Positions 52,101-64,000 of a DNA stretch of 64,000 nucleotides are shown piece by piece. The notes beneath the pieces are model-generated. The model ran no database searches. It saw only the letters and a list, made by a program, of their open reading frames with translations, and had not been told where the DNA came from. Position 1 is the first letter of the stretch, and every line of letters begins with the position of its first letter. Origin of the DNA: Utricularia gibba (lineage: Eukaryota > Plantae > Magnoliophyta). A program made the translations under genes and the position numbers. The DNA lies in contig NEEC01000011.1 in NCBI GenBank assembly GCA_002189035.1, forward strand, positions 2,232,001 through 2,296,000. Reading direction: 5' to 3'.

Positions 52101-53380
52101 TTACAGAATTTATGTCCGGAGGAAGTGTATATGACTACTTACACAAGAAAAGGAGCACCTTTAGGATTTCATCTTTGCTGAAAGTGGCGATTGATGTATC
52201 AAAGGGAATGGACTATCTGCATCAGAACAATATCATCCACAGGGACTTAAAGACTGCTAATCTTTTGATGGATGAAAATGAGGTAGGTTCAAGGGGCCCT
52301 GCAAAGTTTGATACTATCCAAGTTACATGCTTTATGATGTAGTAGATTTTTACTTTATATTGGTTTCTCTTGCTCTAGTTCCATTAGGATGTCATTTGGA
52401 AGTGCATTTCTCTGCAGGTTGTTAAGGTGTGTGACTTTGGAGTTGCCAGAGTGAGGGCACAAACAGGCGTGATGACAGCTGAAACAGGGACTTACAGATG
52501 GATGGCACCTGAGGTATGCTTGCGTTTTTTTAGAGTCAAGTTTATAGAAATGATGGCACATTCATCGATTGAAACTTCTTACTTCATTATGGGATCTCAA
52601 TACATTATCCATCATTCATCGCTCAATTTTTTTGCTTTTGTGAAGGTGATTGAACATAAACCGTATGATCAAAAGGCAGATGTTTTCAGTTTTGGGATTG
52701 TCTTATGGGAACTGTTGACAGGAAAGGTATTTTTTTTTCCTCTTGCTTGAACTCTATGAATGAGGTGGCCCAAAACTTTCCCAATTGAGTTTCTCAACTT
52801 TTCAGCTTCCCTACGACTACTTGACTCCTCTGCAAGCTGCTGTTGGCGTTGTTCAAGATGTGAGCTTCTTGTGACTCGCAAATTTATAGTGCTTGAAGCT
52901 CTGCACCCTTTCCTGATATTGAAACGCCTTTGTTAGGGTCTGCGACCGACTATTCCGAAAAATACGCACCCAAAATTTGCTGGACTTCTCCAAAGATGCT
53001 GGCAGCAGAATCCAACGCTGAGACCAGATTTTTCTGAAATAACAGAAATCTTGAAGAAACTTTCCAAGGAGGTACGAACCAATCTATGTATTCACTATTA
53101 TCTGAGAGAGTTAGGCAATCATCTAGTCATCCATAGAGAGCAGTTAAGTTTGGTGAACTGAACCAGTAGCACCCCCACTTCTCAAAATCCTGCCCCGGCA
53201 TGTTGATCATAAGTATACGAGCTCAGTATGATAGTTGCCATGGCGAGAGGCTGTAGTGACTGTTACTATGTTTCACATTTCCGAGGATGATTTGCATGTT
53301 TTCCATGGCAGGTAGGGGAGGGTGGTGCCGGCAAGAAGGAGAAGTCAGGTGGGCTGTTTGCAGCTCTCAAACGCGGTTGA
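49148..53380 (+). CDS. STY46: ACT-domain Raf-like Ser/Thr/Tyr kinase (STY46/STY17/STY8 family), about 16 exons
   Basis: [17 protein letters not shown]|[19 protein letters not shown] domain PMHEITF..KPKLLSQ|[20 protein letters not shown], kinase [31 protein letters not shown], ending [10 protein letters not shown]. The paralog name is uncertain. Confidence 0.93.
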
Positions 53381-54036
53381 CACAAGTACCATACACAGCT
53401 CCTCCTCCCTCGGTCTCCTTGGCTGCTGCTGATTGCATGCTCATACCGGAGAAGATGACAACTTGGACATCCATCCATCACATGTGCATCATCACCACCG
53501 GCTGCCATGGCGCCTGTTGGCCTCACTCTGCTACTTGTTTGATGTTTCTTTTTGAAAGATTTCATCCTTTAAAATGATAAAAAGTCCAAGAAAGAAACAA
53601 GCTTCAAGGGAAGTGGCCACGTCAGGACAAATTCAAGATGGGGGCCACATTTTGTATGGCCCACTAAGGGGAGCTCTCCTGTGGGCCACAACAGATCGGA
53701 CTGGGCCCACATGTTGAATTTGTTAAAAAAATGTAATATAATATCATAAATTAAATATATCGAGGATTTTATTATTAAAAAATATATTTAGTGTGAATAT
53801 TTTATTTTTTGTGCATATTAAATTATAAAACTCTATATTAAATACGTCCAAATTTTGACAAATACTTCCTTTTTTATTCCAAATAATTAAATATGGTTTC
53901 GTGTCGTTCCGTGATTGGCGGCGGGGTCAACTGTAATATTATTATGTAGGAAAAAAATGAAAAATAGAAAAAAGAAGAGGGAAGCAGGATAAATGGCGTT
54001 GTTGCCCTAACGTTGGATGGTCCAGGGGGAAAAAGC

Positions 54037-55140
54037 ATGGATTTTTTTACCCTCTTTTGCACCGCCACCGCCTCAATTCTGGTCGGCGGTTTGTACTGGT
54101 TCGTCTGTGTCTTGGGATCGGCGGAGCAGAAGGGAAAGGCGGCGACGCAGCTTTCCGGCGGGTCGATTGCGCGTGAGAAGGTCCAGGACAAATTCAAGCA
54201 GTACTCGACATTCTTCAGACGTCCTAAGGAAATCGAGACGGCGGAGAAAGTTCCGGCGTTCGTCGACACTTTCTACAATCTCGTCACTGACATTTATGAG
54301 TGGGGATGGGGCCAGTCCTTCCATTTCTCTCCTGCGATTCCTGGGAAGTCCCACCGTGACGCCACACGCCTCCACGAGGAGATGGCAGTGGACCTCCTGA
54401 ATGTCGGACCAGGGAAACGGATTCTGGACGCGGGATGCGGGGTTGGAGGTCCGATGCGTGCTATTGCGGCACATTCAGGTGCGAACGTCGTCGGGATCAC
54501 TATCAACGAGTATCAAGTGAAAAGAGCTCGGCTGCACAACAAGAAGGCCGGGCTTGATAAGCTCTGTGAAGTCCTATGCGGGAACTTTCTCGAGATGCCG
54601 TTCGAGGACAACAGTTTCGACGGCGCGTACTCGATCGAGGCTACCTGCCACGCGCCTAAGCTTGAAGATGTCTACAGCGAGATCTACAGAGTTCTGAAAC
54701 CCGGGTCTTTGTACGTTTCCTACGAGTGGGTGACCACAGAAGCTTACAATCCCGAAATCCCCGACCACGTAGAAGTGATACAAGGAATCGAAAGGGGTGA
54801 CGCTTTGCCGGGACTGAGAAGCTGCAAAAACATCGCCGAGACAGCGAGGAAGGTGGGTTTTGAAGTGATCTCAGAGAAGGATCTTTCGAGTCCGCCAGCG
54901 CAACCGTGGTGGAGCCGCTTGAAAATGGGGAGAATTGCAACCTGGAGGAATCACATGGTGGTCACTTGTCTCGCCTGGCTTGGGATTGTGCCTAAGGGTG
55001 TCGTTGATGTTCATGAAATGCTGTCCGTGACCGCGGATTATCTGACTCGCGGTGGAGAAACTGGGATCTTCACTCCAATGTACATGATCCTCTGCAGAAA
55101 ACCAGAGGGTAAGCCATGCCATGATTCCCATTCCCCTTAG
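54037..55140 (+). CDS. SMT2: 24-methylenesterol C-methyltransferase 2 (SMT2/SMT3 type), intronless
   Basis: MDFFTLF..GGLYWFVCVLG N-terminal anchor, FYNLVTDIYEWGWGQSFHF, SAM motif ILDAGCGVGGPMR, YSIEATCHAP and IERGDALPGL. Confidence 0.96.
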   Translation: MDFFTLFCTATASILVGGLYWFVCVLGSAEQKGKAATQLSGGSIAREKVQDKFKQYSTFFRRPKEIETAEKVPAFVDTFYNLVTDIYEWGWGQSFHFSPAIPGKSHRDATRLHEEMAVDLLNVGPGKRILDAGCGVGGPMRAIAAHSGANVVGITINEYQVKRARLHNKKAGLDKLCEVLCGNFLEMPFEDNSFDGAYSIEATCHAPKLEDVYSEIYRVLKPGSLYVSYEWVTTEAYNPEIPDHVEVIQGIERGDALPGLRSCKNIAETARKVGFEVISEKDLSSPPAQPWWSRLKMGRIATWRNHMVVTCLAWLGIVPKGVVDVHEMLSVTADYLTRGGETGIFTPMYMILCRKPEGKPCHDSHSP

Positions 55141-56163
55141 AACAAGATCCGATCTTCAAGCTCGTTGCTTCTTCTGTTCATGCTTTTGCTTCGCCTTCTT
55201 GTGGATTATGCCCACATTTCATTTATTTGTCATAATGGGTTCCTACTTCCCTCTAGTATCTATCTCTTGCATTATTCAATGACACTTTCTGCAAATTTAT
55301 AGAATGCAGAGCTGCCTTCGGTTACTGCATTCCCCCTTTTTGAGTTACTTCCATGAAATGTTATGGCAAAACTCCGCTCTGGTTGTTTATGTTGTTAACT
55401 TGAAGCTGTGTATGAGAATACTTCTGCCCCTTAGATTCTCAATAGGACAAAACAAGTGGTCTTGAGAAGCAATGTCTCATCTCTAGACTAAGACTCAGGA
55501 TCCTTTAGACTAAGACAGATTGATGCAGCTGAACTTGGAGTTAGCAGTAGATGTGTTGCAGAGCAATATGTGAAAATGCCACACCAGAGCATGTGTGGCT
55601 TGTTAGGGTGCCTGAGAAGAGGAGTGTGGATCCTTGCCTTGATAATGAACCTTTTGTATATCATTCTGAAAGAGAGGGTACGTAGGGTAGATGATGAAGA
55701 GATACATTGCATGTGGGGTGACAGCTCGGCCCTTGGTCCCCAACTCCCCATCAGACATTCTTCTGGTGAGGGAATTTGTCCTGTCTGCAAAATAGAATGA
55801 CTGGTTTGCGTTTGCTTGATTGTGGTCTCCGCTGTCTGATCTATTTTAAAAACCAGAGCAGTACAGGAGATGAACTGCTTCATTTGTGGTGAGATTAATG
55901 GTAGTGGGGGAAAATGAAAGATCAAATCTGCATAGTGTGTGGAGGCTGTGAAATGCACAATCACAACAAAACTGGACAATAGATTAGAAAGCCCCCAGAA
56001 CAGCACATCATCTACATGTTTCACTATGGGAGAACTTGTGCTCACCAGGAGGACTCATCTTATTTCGAAACAGGAAGTAGAGGAACAGGAATCAAGCAAA
56101 TGTGTGGGGGGATTCTTACAACCAGAAGACACAGAATGAATCCGACTTGTAGATGGGATGGGA

Positions 56164-59652
<3,489 letters not shown>

Positions 59653-60655
59653 TTAAAACCTACAAATTCATCACAATTCATCAAAAAACAACAAGCAAAT
59701 GGATAGATACATAAACGAACGGTAAGTAGCTTCAGAGTGCAACAACGCGTCAGCCAAACATCCAACAGTGCATTACCATGGTTACCCATACTCACTATTT
59801 TCATTTTTTTTACTCGTGCAATCACGACTAGCCTAGATTTAACAGTCACAGCCCAGCCACGAATCCACCCAACCAACCAACACTCGGCTTTGAGCCTAGA
59901 AGCTCCCCTCAAAAGCAAAGTCATCCCCAAGTCACATCTAAGGCATACTTACTCCACAAAACGACCTCGAATCAACTAAAAAAAAAAAAACGCAAAGCCG
60001 GTGAGAGGAAGGCTAAGCTGTGCGCAAGATCGTTCCCTATCAGGGGGCAGTGAAGCAGATTCAGCACAACCAAATGAACACAAGCACAACACCACGCAGA
60101 TCGGAAATCCACGCACCGTATCCCCGATCCCGACACAGAGAAAGCAGATATCTGATGGATCCAAAAACCAGCACAACGAAGACTGATCGTGAATACCCAC
60201 CCCGGTGGAGCAGGAAAATCAATCAAACTGAAAATGGCGTACAAGTATCACTGCACAATGTACAACTTTCAGAAGAAGTAACTCATTTGGGATCCTCCTA
60301 CGTGATTGGCCTCAAATTTATTTTATAATTATTTTTCTACACATTTTTTCTATCTACCTTAATTGGAATTATTATCGAAATCAATTATTGAATAATATTT
60401 AAATTTAATATAAATTACTTTTATTATTAAATAATATATATTAAAATGAATTTTTTTTTTATTCTTCTAAATTTCAAATAGTTTGAATATCCAAAAATGA
60501 GTTTCGGGGACACTCATCTACACGTTCCTTCATCTTCCCCATGGATCTCGGTGGTACGGAATCCTCGGTATCGCTTTTCTCGCCATCTCCGATAACTCTG
60601 ATAACTGAATCCAACAGCCACCTTGAGGTTTTGGTTGGAGCTGACACCCACCCGG

Positions 60656-62045
60656 CTATGGCGGAGTGGAGCAGGGATTGGGAGGGAGGCCGATGCCGCC
60701 GCACTTGATTGAAATCGTTGGGCTGGCGGCGGCGCGGCTGATGACAGCCCAGTCCAGGAACACGACGACCACCGTTATGTCATCGTGAAAATGGCGCCGG
60801 ACACCCGGGTTGATTCCCTTGAGGTCCGAGTATCTCATCTCCCGCTTCCTGGCTGCCTCCCGCAACGCGGCTTTCACTAGCTTCCTTGCGCTTCCCTGCA
60901 AAATTAGTAGTAATTTCAGCGACGGTGATGATGTCTTCAAGGCAATGCTTATCTTACACTGCGGGTGTAGCTGCTGACGAGATCGACGGCTTCTTGGTTC
61001 GATAGTTGCTCCCAGAGGCCATCGGACGCGAAGATGATGAACTGATCATGGGGAAGAAGCTGATGCAGAGAGACTGAGGGTTCTGAGCTCAGGAATGGTC
61101 TCTTGAAAGGCTCCCGAACTCGGAACTTGTGGTGCAGTGGCTCCCTGTTGAATTCCGCTTTCTTCAAGTACACATCGCCTATTGATCTTGAGATCTGTGA
61201 ATGAAAACATCTGGAATGTAAACCAGTACAAAATCACCAAAAACAACACAAAACAGACCTGAATCACGCCCTTCACACGCCACACATTGCGCTTCAGGAC
61301 GACGACATGGGGATCATCAGGGTGCTGGGATTTGAGCTCCCGTCTGATGGATTCATCACAAGCATTGTGTTCGTCTGAGAGCTGAAGTGCGATCACCTCC
61401 CCTGTTGCCTTCACCCCTCGTCCCAGGACAGCTCGGGAGTCTCCCAGGTTGGCAACATACAGAGTGCTGTTGCAGATGACTCCAACAAGGCAGCAGGAGC
61501 CAACTGCTGCAATCTGTGGTTTAATAAACCACTCCTTTCTGACATGCGACATGAAACCGTCTTCAGTCGCTTGGTATGCCTTCTGGATGGCATCAACAGA
61601 CATAGAATGGCTCTCCGCCGTGAACCCTGCAACCCCAAGAACAATCAGAAACCATCTACCAATGCATCAGCTCACAAAAGTGTCAGCTGCAAGGATAATA
61701 TAAGCTCAAGTGTGTTCACAGTGAGGAATCTGATCATGGAGGCTTACTCTGTAGATGTTGAAAGAGATTGTCGTTGATGAATCTAGAGGTTTCAGGGCCG
61801 CCATGACCGTCGTAAACCCCGACAAAGGTGCCGGAAGGCCCTGAACCATCAGCGCAGAGGGAGCCAGATTCAACTTGGCTCTGATCCTCCAGGGAAGTAT
61901 TTGCTTGAATAACAGCCATTGAAAACTCTCCACTACAGTGGTAACCCAAATCCTTAGACCACAAGAGTCCATCTTGGCGGCTACCATCTGAACCAGAACC
62001 TATTCTATCAGCCCTCGGCCGGAAACAAGTCCTCAGCATGTTCAT
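60656..62045 (-). CDS. Clade D protein phosphatase 2C (At4g38520/At3g51370-like), 4 exons
   Basis: Exons 62045-61748, 61626-61259, 61194-60958, 60895-60656. [63 protein letters not shown] and [10 protein letters not shown]. Confidence 0.93.
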
Positions 62046-63727
62046 CCAAACAACTTTAAAAGCACCCACATCTAGTGACCTCTTGGAAACTTGGTCACTA
62101 GTAAAATATGTATGAAAAGCTCAGCAAGCAATCCCAAAAGATGCAGGTGATTGATTATCTGTAAATGGAACCTAGAAGCAGGAACAGGGAAACAGAAGAA
62201 AATATGAGGTCAGGTGTCATGGTCTATCATTGAAATGAAATACACACTTGCTCCTGATTCAATGATAGAGAATATATTGACTTATAAAAAACAAAGAGGG
62301 TTTGGGTGTGAAACCCATCTTTGACTGAGAAAGCCAACGAATGCGACTGAAAATCAACAAAATCGATGACAAGAATGGTAGTCAAAAGTTCATCATTCCA
62401 ACTGTTTGATCATTATCATCATGCCCAGAAGAATCCTAATCAAATTTAGCCAACAAAAAAGGAAATCCAAAGAAACCCATCAAGGAGACACGAATCAATT
62501 CGCAGAATCCTGAAAAACGAAGAAAGAGCGAGGCCGAAGAGGAGTACCTTTAGATCTGTGGATCCATAGGAATCAACACCAAGTGGTTAAAGGGGAGAAA
62601 AGCAAGCTTTAAAGTGGGGTCTTCTGGTATACTTCTTGGTTGATGGTGGGCACCGGCCGATAAGTGATTCGGTACTGCAAAAGAGAAAAAAGGACAAAAA
62701 CCGAAAGGGTGAATACAAGAGCGTCAATTCAGGGAGAGGATAAAGATTTATAGGAGGAATTACTGTTACTATGAAGAAACAGGTGTATGAGATTCCCACA
62801 TCTGGAACTTCCAGCAGACAAAATCCATTAAAGCCAACAAGGGAGCGCTTCAGGCCAGCTGAGCAAGGACCAGTACGGGCTCCACTTCCTGTGGGTAAAA
62901 ATTCATGAACCGAATCCCAACCAATCCCCAGTACACTCAACCACACAATTATGTAAACCCCGCAGCCAGAGAGAAGGTCGCTTAGATCTTCAAAGCAAGA
63001 ACTTAAAGAACTGGGACAGACCATTATTGACACACCATAACTTCCGGTATAAACTTTGAAGAAATCACAGGGAATGAAGATGGCCATCCAGAATACAAGA
63101 AAATGCCCAAAAAGATCGGATCTTGAGACAACCACCCATCCATTATCTGCACACAATGCCGATCTACAACAAGTACACCGTTTCACAGACGGTCCTTCAC
63201 AACCGCGATCAAAAAGATCAGTGCAAAACGAGTTCATCGCTAACCTCTGTTCCCCCTCCATCCTCAGAACTAGTTCTAACCCCCCATCACACCCATACTA
63301 AATCCATGATCATCCTCTAAATTACTGCGGAAACTTGTCATCAGCAACTAAGCTCGCATTGATGAAGATGGAGTGGCATTATATTACATCCTATTAGAGC
63401 AAATAAAAATATTACTATAAGGCAACAAATCTAATGTAAACATTAGGAATTTAAAACAAAAGTATTCAAAAAAACTTCCATTCAACATCGGAAAATCGCT
63501 CATAATAAAGCATAGATTAAAATCGACAAAATCGTAATTAAATTACCATTGAATCGTTTTTAAATCATGATTAGCCTTCTCTTATGAAACTATTTTGTGG
63601 TTCTAGTGCAATTTCAACCACATTATGGTCCAAAAGTTTGAAATTAATGCCGTAAAATCGAAGAATAATTATATTATAATCTCTAATATAGAACAAGATC
63701 GATCATTTGTATTGTAATCTTTATTTT

Positions 63728-63830
63728 AGAGCCCGATGTGGGACTCCCAACCGTTCATTTTCTGGATGGTCCATAACCAACCAGTTTGGCCACCGGAAGG
63801 AATACTTAGTAGCTCTTGCATTTCCTGTGC
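63728..63830 (-). other. Possible terminal exon of a gene lying beyond the right edge
   Basis: Acceptor-like TTTGGCACAG followed by an open frame (G)NARATKYSFRWPNWLVMDHPENERLGVPHRALK*, then AT-rich DNA. No homology recognised. Confidence 0.25.
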
Positions 63831-64000
63831 CAAACAAAACTTCAATGGGGCTTTGTAAAAGAACAGTGGCTGTTGGGTGTCAGCAATCTTGCTGATAGAA
63901 ATCCAAGCATTCTAGTTGTTACAGAATGAAATGTAGACTATTCTGGGAGGAAGCTTCAAAGGAACAGGGAGCAGAGTTACCCCAACAGAGGTAACAAGTT

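Noticed and set aside
55488-56045. 185-aa minus ORF between SMT2 and VHA-B
   Set aside because: No motif and a non-coding-like composition. It lies in the expected 3' UTR/terminator zone of two convergent genes.

Overview
Gene-dense eudicot nuclear DNA, about 17 intact protein-coding genes in 64 kb with short introns. A compact asterid/Lamiales-type genome is my inference, not proven. In order: PP2C (5' exon only), a small unknown ORF, beta-expansin EXPB3-like, RMA-type RING E3, an unknown membrane protein, LBD2-like, organellar DNA polymerase I (POP), a 5-unit polyubiquitin, CRR41-like NDH assembly factor, ATG18f, kinesin-14, formin FH5-like, histone H2A, TANGLED1, PIX13-like RLCK, DAZ1/2-like C2H2 zinc finger, ACT-domain STY kinase, SMT2, V-ATPase subunit B and a clade-D PP2C. 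No tRNA, rRNA, CRISPR or intact transposon was recognised. The most striking feature is four dead housekeeping genes between intact neighbours: STA1/PRP6, mitochondrial TypA/BipA, BET3/TRAPPC3 and DSK2/ubiquilin. Each is eroded by many small deletions, and three sit beside the neighbours I recall from Arabidopsis. This looks like post-polyploidy fractionation in progress. Other oddities are an intron-spanning internal duplication in the organellar polymerase N-terminus and a DAZ-type sperm-cell regulator that has lost most of its zinc fingers. Five isolated 1-bp homopolymer frameshifts in otherwise perfect genes are most likely assembly errors. Gene names and Arabidopsis locus neighbourhoods are from memory of protein sequences, not database searches.
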